From the IMG/VR virus record IMGVR_UViG_3300038424_000856: 20,000 nucleotides of DNA; one strand, 5' to 3'. This document shows positions 1 through 7,306 of this stretch, piece by piece. How positions within the stretch are numbered: the first letter of the stretch is position 1; each line of letters opens with the position of its first letter. Origin of the DNA: an uncultured virus (IMG/VR IMGVR_UViG_3300038424_000856). Taxonomy: Duplodnaviria > Heunggongvirae > Uroviricota > Caudoviricetes. Both the position numbers and the translations under genes were made by a program. Below the pieces are notes generated by a model. The model ran no database searches. It saw only the letters and a list, made by a program, of their open reading frames with translations, and was not told the DNA's origin.

Positions 1-2
1 GA

Positions 3-428
3 GATTTTTCCAATTTTTCAAGACATCCAATTGTTTTGAAAGGTAAAGTGTGGCCTACTACAGAGCATTATTTCCAATCACAGAAATTCGCTGGAACTGA
101 ACACGAAGAAGATGTAAGGCTTGCCAAAGGCCCGCGAGCGGCTGCTGAAATAGGACGTGACAGGAATCGTCCTTTAAGAGTTGATTGGGAACAAGTCAAA
201 GAAAGCATTATGAAAGATGCTTTATTAGCTAAAATTGCACAATATCCTAAAATTAAGGAGCTTTTACTTTCTACTGGAGATGCAGAAATTGTTGAACATA
301 GTTTCAAGGATAGATATTGGGCTGATGGTGGTGATGGTTCTGGAAAAAACAGATTGGGTATTCTTTGGATGGAAATAAGAAAAGAGTTACAAGATGAAAA
401 GAACCGAACGGCTCCGCAAGGAAGCTGA
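3..428 (+). CDS. NADAR (YbiA-like) family hydrolase, 5'-truncated by the window edge
   Basis: Frame is open from nt 3 (DFSNFSRHPIVLKGKVWPTTEHYFQSQKF). FSNF, WPTxEHYFQxxKF, LLSTG, EHS..DRYW and GKNRLG..WMEIR are NADAR hallmarks. The TTG at 36 is not the real start. Confidence 0.93.
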   Translation, partial: DFSNFSRHPIVLKGKVWPTTEHYFQSQKFAGTEHEEDVRLAKGPRAAAEIGRDRNRPLRVDWEQVKESIMKDALLAKIAQYPKIKELLLSTGDAEIVEHSFKDRYWADGGDGSGKNRLGILWMEIRKELQDEKNRTAPQGS

Positions 429-915
429 AAAAACGATGGAAAAAATTCGCCTAATTGCGAGACATATTCGCAATGTGGAAGATAATTGCGTAATATTAGC
501 AGAAAAATTATTGGCTTTGGGTGAAGTGGAATTAGCTAGAAATTTGGTTGCTAATGGAATGGTACACGATGCATCTAAATTTTTTGGTATAGAGTGGGAA
601 TATCTTTCTCTTGGAAATCCTGTAGAAGATGTTGCTAAATTGAAAATGAAATTGGCAATTCATCATCATAATTCTACAAATAAACATCACCCCGAAGCTT
701 GGCCGGGTGGCATTAAAGAAATGCCTGATGTATATTTGGCAGAATTTTGCTGTGATATTAAAGCAAGAAGTGAGGAATTTGGAACCGACTTACGAAATTG
801 GATTGATGAAGTTGCAACCAAAAAATATTGCTTTACTAAAGAGGATGAAGTTTATAAAAAGGTAATGAAATTTGTTGATATGTTGTGTCCGCCGCCGTTT
901 AAAGAAATTAAATAA
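394..915 (+). CDS. HD-fold protein, DUF5662-like (putative metal-dependent phosphohydrolase)
   Basis: RH...HDASKF...HHHNSTNKHHPEAW...MP..YLAEFCCD..AR pattern recalls DUF5662. Alternative ATG at 436. Confidence 0.7.
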   Translation: MKRTERLRKEAEKTMEKIRLIARHIRNVEDNCVILAEKLLALGEVELARNLVANGMVHDASKFFGIEWEYLSLGNPVEDVAKLKMKLAIHHHNSTNKHHPEAWPGGIKEMPDVYLAEFCCDIKARSEEFGTDLRNWIDEVATKKYCFTKEDEVYKKVMKFVDMLCPPPFKEIK

Positions 916-944
916 TTGACTTTTGTAATAAAGTGTGATATTTT
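916..944 (+). promoter_or_regulatory. sigma70-like promoter with extended -10
   Basis: TTGACT (916-921), 17-bp spacer ending in TGa, TATTTT (939-944); ATG at 955. Confidence 0.6.
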
Positions 945-954
945 CTTTATAATT

Positions 955-1359
955 ATGACACCAAAATCAATAAACATAGCAGTGGCAGAACAAATTGAAA
1001 AATTCGGTTCTGATAAAGTAGTTAATACAGTTGTGGAGAAATTAGTTAATGCTGAAGTAATTAAACGAGCTGATGCTCTTGCTGCAGCCATTAAGTTATC
1101 GGAAGAAACTCTCCGTGAAGCTCGCAAGGCTTCTAAACCAGACCAAGTAGCTATAAACGCTGATGGTAGTAGAAATGAAACATTTTCTCCAAAAGCATTT
1201 GAAGCCAAGAAGAAATTGGATGAAAAACTAACCAAGATTGAAAACACAGTAGTAAATGCTACTGAAAAAGGTGAATGGGGTAAATTGTATGAATTGGTAA
1301 AGGGCGGCGCTCAGCCAACAGCAGAAACCAAACCTGATGACGCCTCAACAAATAATTAA
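955..1359 (+). CDS. hypothetical alpha-helical protein (134 aa)
   Basis: The track's TTG start at 916 is the -35 box; the in-frame ATG at 955 (MTPKSINI) is more plausible. Confidence 0.75.
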   Translation: MTPKSINIAVAEQIEKFGSDKVVNTVVEKLVNAEVIKRADALAAAIKLSEETLREARKASKPDQVAINADGSRNETFSPKAFEAKKKLDEKLTKIENTVVNATEKGEWGKLYELVKGGAQPTAETKPDDASTNN

Positions 1360-1681
1360 TAGAATTCAAAAAGAAGCAGACGCTCGATTGGGTGATACCA
1401 TCGAGCGTTTGTTTTTAATTTTACGAAATCGCCATACACACCAATGCTGGCGGAAGGAATGTGATTGTGAATATTGTCGGTTTATCAATGGTAAATATGT
1501 TCATGAAAAACTTGTATTACATGCATTGAAAAGACGAATTAGAGAACTTGATGATTATTGGAATGCATCTGATTATGAATTACAGTTATTATGGCAATTA
1601 CAAGCAGACCAATGGAAACAGAAAGCGAAAATTCGTTTATTGAAAAATCATAAAAAGGAATTACACGAAAATATTGTCTAA
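1337..1681 (+). CDS. hypothetical protein with Cys/His cluster (possible zinc binding)
   Basis: HTHQCWRKECDCEYC motif followed by a coiled-coil-like C-terminus. Confidence 0.65.
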   Translation: MTPQQIINRIQKEADARLGDTIERLFLILRNRHTHQCWRKECDCEYCRFINGKYVHEKLVLHALKRRIRELDDYWNASDYELQLLWQLQADQWKQKAKIRLLKNHKKELHENIV

Positions 1682-1851
1682 TGGAAAAATATAATAAAAT
1701 TTTTAAGAGAATGTTAAAATATCATTTTCATAGAGGATTGTGTTATCCATTGGATATAAACTGGTATGGAAATGATGGTCATTATTTAAAAATAATTTTT
1801 TACATAGAACTCTTGGACAATCTTAGGGAAGTGATTCTTAAGAACGCTTGA
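1681..1851 (+). CDS. small hypothetical protein (56 aa), absent from the ORF track
   Basis: ATG overlaps the upstream stop (TAATG); MEKYNKIFKRMLKYHFHRGLCYPLDINWYGNDGHYLKIIFYIELLDNLREVILKNA*; fills the gap exactly. Confidence 0.6.
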   Translation: MEKYNKIFKRMLKYHFHRGLCYPLDINWYGNDGHYLKIIFYIELLDNLREVILKNA

Positions 1852-1875
1852 CATTTATGCTTTCTCTGATAAACT
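1848..1875 (+). promoter_or_regulatory. sigma70-like promoter with extended -10, probably giving a leaderless mRNA
   Basis: TTGACA (1848-1853), 16-bp spacer ending in TGa, TAAACT (1870-1875); ATG at 1882, at the expected TSS distance. Confidence 0.7.
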
Positions 1876-1881
1876 ATCTAT

Positions 1882-3108
1882 ATGAATTTGAATTGGCTTG
1901 TTCCAAATACTATTTACATAACTCTCCACGGTTCACAGGCTTATGGCTTGAATAATGAATTGTCCGATGTTGATGTAAAAGGTATTGTAATTCCGCCTAA
2001 AGAAATAGAAAATAATCTATTTCATCGCTTTGAGCAGGCAGAAAATGATAAATCTATTGAATCATTTTTGGAGCATTTGAAAAATCCAAAAAATCCAAAA
2101 TTTGAGTCCACTCTTTACTCTTTGAAAAAGTTCATGATTTTGGCTGCTAATGTAAATCCCAATATTATTGAACTATTGTGGACCGACCCCAGTAACCATT
2201 TTGTTTTTAAATCACCAATGGATGAATTGATGGATAGTAGAGATTTATTCTTGTCATCCAAAGCTAAATTTACATTTTCGGGATATGCATATAGTCAATT
2301 AGCGAAAATTGAACGACACCGCAAATGGATTGTTCGTGGTGAATTGACAGAACCAAAAAGAAAAGATTTTGGTTTGCCCGAAGAACGCCCAAGACAAATG
2401 AGTGAAATCTTTGGTTTAATCAAATCCGAAGTTGAACGATGGAATCTATCACAGTTTCCATTAAGTGAAATGGAACGCGACGAATTAAAGTCAACCATTT
2501 GGGAATTAATTCTTAATGTTTCAGAAGTGGACGTTAATGAAGGTAATTGGCCTCAAATGTATGAGGCTGGTGTCATTGAACGTTTGTCCAAGGAATACAA
2601 CTTGAAGGAAGAAGTAATTGATATTTTACAGAGAGAACGACTTTACAAAAAGGAAATAGAAGCCTACAATTCTTGGCTTAATTGGAGAAAGAATCGTAAT
2701 CCAGCAAGACATGAACTTGAAGTTAAATCGGGTTACGATACCAAACATGCTTCACATCTTGTTAGGTTAATGCGAATGGGTTTGGAAATCTTGAATGACC
2801 GCAAGGTTATTGTCAAACGTCCTGACCGTGAGGAAATCTTAGCTATTAAAAATGGTTCATGGTCTTATGAACAGGTTATTGAATTTGCAAATTCCATGCA
2901 AGTAAAATTAGATGAAGCTTATAAAACTACAACTCTTCCAAAGACTGTGAATTATGAAAAGATTAATGAACTTTATCATAAATTGTATGAGGGGTATCAT
3001 AATAAAAATTCAAATGTTATTTTTGTTCAACCTTCCTGTAATCCTGAACCTATCGGTGTAGGCAGGATATCAGATGGACAACCTCTTGAAAATAAATTTT
3101 ACATGTGA
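1882..3108 (+). CDS. Pol-beta superfamily nucleotidyltransferase, RlaP/PF10127 (T4 NrdC.11-like) family
   Basis: HGSQAYGL...SDVDVKG catalytic motif, NPNIIELLW, F.GYAYSQL and GYDTKHASHLVRL..MGLEIL, typical of this family. Confidence 0.88.
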   Translation: MNLNWLVPNTIYITLHGSQAYGLNNELSDVDVKGIVIPPKEIENNLFHRFEQAENDKSIESFLEHLKNPKNPKFESTLYSLKKFMILAANVNPNIIELLWTDPSNHFVFKSPMDELMDSRDLFLSSKAKFTFSGYAYSQLAKIERHRKWIVRGELTEPKRKDFGLPEERPRQMSEIFGLIKSEVERWNLSQFPLSEMERDELKSTIWELILNVSEVDVNEGNWPQMYEAGVIERLSKEYNLKEEVIDILQRERLYKKEIEAYNSWLNWRKNRNPARHELEVKSGYDTKHASHLVRLMRMGLEILNDRKVIVKRPDREEILAIKNGSWSYEQVIEFANSMQVKLDEAYKTTTLPKTVNYEKINELYHKLYEGYHNKNSNVIFVQPSCNPEPIGVGRISDGQPLENKFYM

Positions 3109-3110
3109 TT

Positions 3111-3320
3111 ATGAAAATTACACCAAAACAAAGATTTACATTTCAAATAGCAGCTGAAAAAATTATTATAGATATAACTTCTAAGAACGAACCTTGGTCG
3201 TCAAGAGTTTTAGCCGATGAAATTGTTAATATGGTTTTGAATACTTTGGAAAGAAAAAGAAAATCACCAAAAGGTAAAGAACTAAAACCTTGGTTAGCTT
3301 TTGGGTTTAAGTCAAAGTAA
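3111..3320 (+). CDS. hypothetical basic protein
   Basis: ATG at 3111 (or GTG at 3105) immediately after the NTase stop. Confidence 0.6.
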   Translation: MKITPKQRFTFQIAAEKIIIDITSKNEPWSSRVLADEIVNMVLNTLERKRKSPKGKELKPWLAFGFKSK

Positions 3321-3330
3321 TTATTAAAGT

Positions 3331-3555
3331 ATGGCAATTCCACTTAAAAAATTGATTGAAAATCCACACATATTGGATGAATTTTATGAAAAACATAGGG
3401 ATTATTGTGCGTATTGCAAAGTTCCATTACAAGGTTTTATCACCGGTAGAAACAAATGCCCAAAGGGTGTTTGTTGTGATGATTGCTATTATGAAAAACT
3501 GGGAGAAGTTATAGAGCGCTACCCAATTTGTTCACCAAGAATTCGACGTGGATAA
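3331..3555 (+). CDS. small Cys-rich zinc-finger-like protein
   Basis: CAYC...CPKGVCCDDCYY motif. Confidence 0.7.
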   Translation: MAIPLKKLIENPHILDEFYEKHRDYCAYCKVPLQGFITGRNKCPKGVCCDDCYYEKLGEVIERYPICSPRIRRG

Positions 3556-3558
3556 ACT

Positions 3559-3861
3559 ATGACAAATAAGCGACTTGTATTACAGTGGGAAAATTTATCC
3601 ATCAAATTTAAATCTGATAATTCCATGCGACCTTTAAAGGATATGTTTCTTGTCTGCTTGGGAGAACGTGAATGTAATATTAATGACAGGGGAAAAAAGG
3701 AGAGACTTGTGATTTTTGATGAAGGCGGTGGATGTGATGAAGGTGCCCCTATATTTTTTTGTAAATCAGATAATAAAGATAATTGTTGGATATTTGCATG
3801 GAATAGTAAAGAAGAAATTTTTATAAAAAGTAATATAGGAAAGTTTATAAAAAATGAATGA
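3559..3861 (+). CDS. hypothetical protein
   Basis: Tightly packed ORF, 3 nt after the previous stop. Confidence 0.6.
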   Translation: MTNKRLVLQWENLSIKFKSDNSMRPLKDMFLVCLGERECNINDRGKKERLVIFDEGGGCDEGAPIFFCKSDNKDNCWIFAWNSKEEIFIKSNIGKFIKNE

Positions 3862-4351
3862 TAGATTAAAATTAAGTCATCATTATCCGGGTGCTTATCA
3901 TTTACCGAATGATTTGTGGACACCGGAAGAAATTGAAGAAGCGGGGTTTATTTTTGTAGAATATCCAACATTTATTCATCAATTTGATGACCCCACCCAT
4001 CCTATAATGAAATCGTATATTGATGGAACTGTTCCTAATGTATTACCAATGATTTGTAAAACAGCCAGATATTGTGGTGTAGGATACACAAAAACTTATG
4101 ACCTTGATGCCGGCAGGTGGAGAGGTATTGAAAGTGTGTTTGATTATTTTAGTAAAAAAGATATTTTTAAACCTATGATTTTAAAATGGATGAAAGATCA
4201 GAAATATCATTACGTTCATAGAATATCATTGGAAGATTCTCCGTTTATTTGGAAAGGAACCTTTGGAAGTTCAGAAATGTATTACCACAGACATGCCGTA
4301 CATGTTAGAGGAACTAAATTGCCTATAAATCACAATTATGAAAAATGTTAA
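3854..4351 (+). CDS. hypothetical protein
   Basis: 165-aa ORF overlapping both neighbours by a few nt. Confidence 0.65.
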   Translation: MNDRLKLSHHYPGAYHLPNDLWTPEEIEEAGFIFVEYPTFIHQFDDPTHPIMKSYIDGTVPNVLPMICKTARYCGVGYTKTYDLDAGRWRGIESVFDYFSKKDIFKPMILKWMKDQKYHYVHRISLEDSPFIWKGTFGSSEMYYHRHAVHVRGTKLPINHNYEKC

Positions 4352-4604
4352 ATATGTTGATCCCAAAACAGTAAAACTTATTGATTTGGTGAGAGATAAT
4401 AAGGTTGTAAGATTTGTTTATTTCAGGGATAATGAATTTTGGTATCAACACCAAGATGGATTTTTATTTCCAATTTCTCTTCAAGAAGCCACTACAGGTC
4501 GTGCTACATTCCTTGCCGAAGATAAAGCAATCTATTTTATGCGTTGGATGAAACGTTATATTGAAGTGTGTAAAACTGAGGATGTAAATAATACTACAAA
4601 TTAA
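4338..4604 (+). CDS. conserved phage hypothetical protein
   Basis: V.F.YFRD..FWY....GF.FP......ATFLAEDKA..FMRW pattern resembles a small protein I recall from large phages; function unknown. Confidence 0.7.
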   Translation: MKNVKYVDPKTVKLIDLVRDNKVVRFVYFRDNEFWYQHQDGFLFPISLQEATTGRATFLAEDKAIYFMRWMKRYIEVCKTEDVNNTTN

Positions 4605-4611
4605 GTAGATA

Positions 4612-5214
4612 TTATCCTTCTTTTGGTTTTTTAACAACCCAAGGTTTTATTATCTTGCTTAGAGGAACTGTTGGAACAGGTGCAATTGGTGTAGGGCCTT
4701 GGCTAAGTTTAGATACATTATATTCATATTTGTAAGCGTTAAAAATTCTGTATGTAAGACTTTCAGTATAACGCTGAAGTAATATAAGTTTTTCTTGAGC
4801 TGTAAACAGGTCGTCTCCTATTTTATGGGGGTCTGTGGATTTTAATCTCCTTCTTTTTAAATCTACATTATTAAATTCCAAGTAATCACCAAAAGTATAA
4901 TCGTGTATGTTATCAGCGATATCTTTTACTGATTTAACAACTTTCATTTTATCTCTAAAATCATTATAATAGTATGATGGAAGAAATTTTCCTTGAGGAC
5001 CACTAACATTACTAATTGTTTTTGATACTGATACGAATGGAATTCCTCTTAAATGTCTAAAATTTGAGTCAAGATACATTGCGTAATTTTCCTTATTGCC
5101 ATCTACGAAAACAATAACTGAGGGGGTGGGTAAACTTTCCAACAAATCTACAATATGATTGACATCTAATGGAGTTCTGCCGCTTCTTGTCGTTTCTCCA
5201 ACTTCATTTAATTT
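4612..5214 (-). CDS. hypothetical ORF lacking a convincing start; probable -1 frame extension of the 5208-5990 gene
   Basis: Frame is open to 5247, with only a TTG at 5145 near its 5' end. It reads KKKLNEVGETTRSGRTPLDVNHIVDLLESLPTP through the A9 run that ends the upstream gene. Confidence 0.65.
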   Translation of the reverse strand, partial: KLNEVGETTRSGRTPLDVNHIVDLLESLPTPSVIVFVDGNKENYAMYLDSNFRHLRGIPFVSVSKTISNVSGPQGKFLPSYYYNDFRDKMKVVKSVKDIADNIHDYTFGDYLEFNNVDLKRRRLKSTDPHKIGDDLFTAQEKLILLQRYTESLTYRIFNAYKYEYNVSKLSQGPTPIAPVPTVPLSKIIKPWVVKKPKEG

Positions 5215-5990
5215 TTTTTTAAGTGTTGTTCGGTAAGACTTTCTTCTTCATCCGATACTTCACCTATTCTTGGAGCAGGTGCTGAAATTTCTTGTTGTGG
5301 AATTGCAGAAGCAATTTCGTCCAAGGATTGTATTTCAAAATATCTTTCCATTTTTCTACCCATATCTTCGTAAAGAGCATTTAATTGCTGAAGACCACCG
5401 TAACATTCTTTGGCTCGTTTTGAAAAATCTTTGGTAATCTTTTTTACTTCATTAAAATCTCTTTTGACAACTTCGGCTTGAAAATAATCACCAGATTCGG
5501 TCATAGCGTAAGATTCTGCCATTTGACCAATTTCAGAAAGATTTTTTGCCATTTCCATTAAAGCCGTTTCACATCGTAAAACTTTTCCATATTCGTTGAA
5601 TTTGCTAACCTTCTCCATCAATTCTTTTTTTTGTTGTGGGGAAAGTTTTTTAACTTCATCACCAAATCTAGCACCACCATCTCTGGGAATATTGGATAAA
5701 TTTTCAACAATTTTCTTTAGACTAAACTCTTGTACTTCTAAATTTTCTTTCATAAGATTTTCGGTTTCTTCTTCTTTCCCAAACATTTTATCTTGACAGT
5801 TTTGGCAAAGACCACTAATTCTAAATTCTTTTCTACTTTGTTCATCACGAAATTTATTCACATCTACAGGTTTATGACAGAAAGGACAAATTTTATCGAT
5901 AATAGCTTTTTTTCTGTCAATGCCCGTTAATCTCTTGATATCAGTATCAAGTTGTGGATCTTTTTCAGCTGGGCTCCAATCGCCATTCAT
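5208..5990 (-). CDS. probable virion/head-associated protein with N-terminal CxxC...CxxC zinc ribbon and helical domain
   Basis: CPFC...FRDEQSRKEFRISGLCQNCQD finger, then a helical domain ending LYEDMGRKMERYFEI. ATG at 5990 preferred over 6020 because a TATTTATA motif lies 6 nt upstream and it removes the overlap. Confidence 0.75.
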   Translation of the reverse strand: MNGDWSPAEKDPQLDTDIKRLTGIDRKKAIIDKICPFCHKPVDVNKFRDEQSRKEFRISGLCQNCQDKMFGKEEETENLMKENLEVQEFSLKKIVENLSNIPRDGGARFGDEVKKLSPQQKKELMEKVSKFNEYGKVLRCETALMEMAKNLSEIGQMAESYAMTESGDYFQAEVVKRDFNEVKKITKDFSKRAKECYGGLQQLNALYEDMGRKMERYFEIQSLDEIASAIPQQEISAPAPRIGEVSDEEESLTEQHLKKN

Positions 5991-5995
5991 ATGTC

Positions 5996-6298
5996 TTATA
6001 AATAGGGCCGGTTTTCCCATTTTTGCTTATAATTAGCAAAATATTCTTCAAGGTCTTTAAATTTTAGGAATGTTCGTTTTTCTTTTTTTGTTCTATCTTC
6101 AATAATAAAACCTGTGCCTTTTTTATGGCTTAATCTCATTTCTGGTCTTTTAAGAGCATAATAAAACATACCATCATTTTTAAAACCCATATCTTCAAGA
6201 TACATAGCATCGGTTGCTTTCCAATTATCAACCGGAGTTAATCCTTTATCACGTTCGTCGCTAACAATATGTTTTAATAATTCTGTAAGTTTAATCAT
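5996..6298 (-). CDS. hypothetical protein with MIKLxxLL N-terminal motif
   Basis: Starts 1 nt after the upstream gene's stop; N-terminus matches that of 14221-14502. Confidence 0.75.
   Translation of the reverse strand: MIKLTELLKHIVSDERDKGLTPVDNWKATDAMYLEDMGFKNDGMFYYALKRPEMRLSHKKGTGFIIEDRTKKEKRTFLKFKDLEEYFANYKQKWENRPYL
5997..6004 (-). promoter_or_regulatory. putative late promoter TATTTATA
   Basis: Exact motif on the minus strand, 6 nt before ATG 5990. Confidence 0.55.
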
Positions 6299-6299
6299 A

Positions 6300-7079
6300 T
6301 TATAGGTCTAATTTTTTTAGAAATTCTACAAGAATAGCCGCGCCTTTAATATCATCTTTAAATAAAATAGATTTGGTAACGATGATATCTTCTTTTTCTT
6401 CTTCTTTTTCTTGTTGTTCAGGTTCAGCGGCTGGTGGAATTGGAGAACCCGGAGGAACTGCACCTTGAGGAAATGTTGGTGGTCCACCAAGACCGCCTGC
6501 GCTACCTAATCCAGCTTCAGTACCGCCAAGACCAGTAGCCATTTGTTTCTCTTGTTCTTTTTTCTTTTTTTCTTCGTCAGATATTGGTCTGTCATGTTTT
6601 TGAAAAGCTGTAAAAGAAAATTGACCACTATCTTTCATTTTCTTAATAACGGTAACATGACTGGTTCCAAATGGGTCTGTAGTTTTATACCATATTTCGG
6701 TTCTAGCAGTAGTGGTTGGTTTCTTTTCTTTGAAATTGTCCAATGCAGCTAATTCTCTTGGTGAAAAGGGTTGACCGATGTAAGGTTTTATATATGTTGC
6801 CCATTCTTCTTTTACATGAAATGTGGTTGATACTGGGTCAATTGAAGTAGATTCTTCACCTACTTCATCAAGATACATCGGTTCACGAATATCTTTAAGA
6901 ATTGACAATACTGCTTTTTTGGTTTTTAATTCAGCTAAAGAATTAGCAAAATCATCAATATCAGAGTCACTCATTGAATTTGCTACTTTTCTAACATATG
7001 CACTTCCATAATCAGGGTCATGTTTTGCATGTCTTACTTTTTTAAAAAATTCTTGTTGGTTTAATGATTTGCTGGGCAT
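6300..7079 (-). CDS. hypothetical protein with DUF3008-like N-terminal motif and Gly/Pro/Glu low-complexity linker
   Basis: MPSKS..QQ.FF..V..AK......VRKVANSMS..DI.DFA resembles the DUF3008-type motif. Confidence 0.7.
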   Translation of the reverse strand: MPSKSLNQQEFFKKVRHAKHDPDYGSAYVRKVANSMSDSDIDDFANSLAELKTKKAVLSILKDIREPMYLDEVGEESTSIDPVSTTFHVKEEWATYIKPYIGQPFSPRELAALDNFKEKKPTTTARTEIWYKTTDPFGTSHVTVIKKMKDSGQFSFTAFQKHDRPISDEEKKKKEQEKQMATGLGGTEAGLGSAGGLGGPPTFPQGAVPPGSPIPPAAEPEQQEKEEEKEDIIVTKSILFKDDIKGAAILVEFLKKLDL

Positions 7080-7084
7080 ACATA

Positions 7085-7092
7085 AATAAATA
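7085..7092 (-). promoter_or_regulatory. putative late promoter TATTTATT (variant)
   Basis: 5 nt before ATG 7079; divergent from the motif at 7202. Confidence 0.5.
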
Positions 7093-7154
7093 TTACATAA
7101 TTTTAGTTAAATATCAGTTTCTTTAAGGTAAGATATAGTTTCATTTCATAATAG

Positions 7155-7176
7155 AATTTTATTATTTAATAAAATT
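7155..7176. repeat. perfect 10-bp inverted repeat in the divergent intergenic region
   Basis: AATTTTATTA-TT-TAATAAAATT. Confidence 0.6.
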
Positions 7177-7201
7177 TTTTGTATTTTAGAAAATATAATA
7201 C

Positions 7202-7209
7202 TATTTATA
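7202..7209 (+). promoter_or_regulatory. putative late promoter TATTTATA for the scaffold-capsid operon
   Basis: Exact motif, 97 nt before ATG 7307. Confidence 0.55.
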
Positions 7210-7306
7210 TTACAGAAATGCAGTAATTTCTATTTGCTGCCACGTATTCAAAAACGTAAACTTCATTGGAGTTCAAATAACTTCAGAAAACAAAGAAAAC
7301 AATTTT

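Noticed and set aside
5166..5207. 13-aa minus-strand ORF (MKLEKRQEAAELH) right after the 5208 stop, or stop readthrough
   Set aside because: Ends at TAG after 13 codons and does not join the 4612 ORF; a -1 shift explains the layout better.
7080..7306. tRNA or other known ncRNA in the largest intergenic gap
   Set aside because: No cloverleaf or T-loop context found; only short hairpins, reported as a finding.
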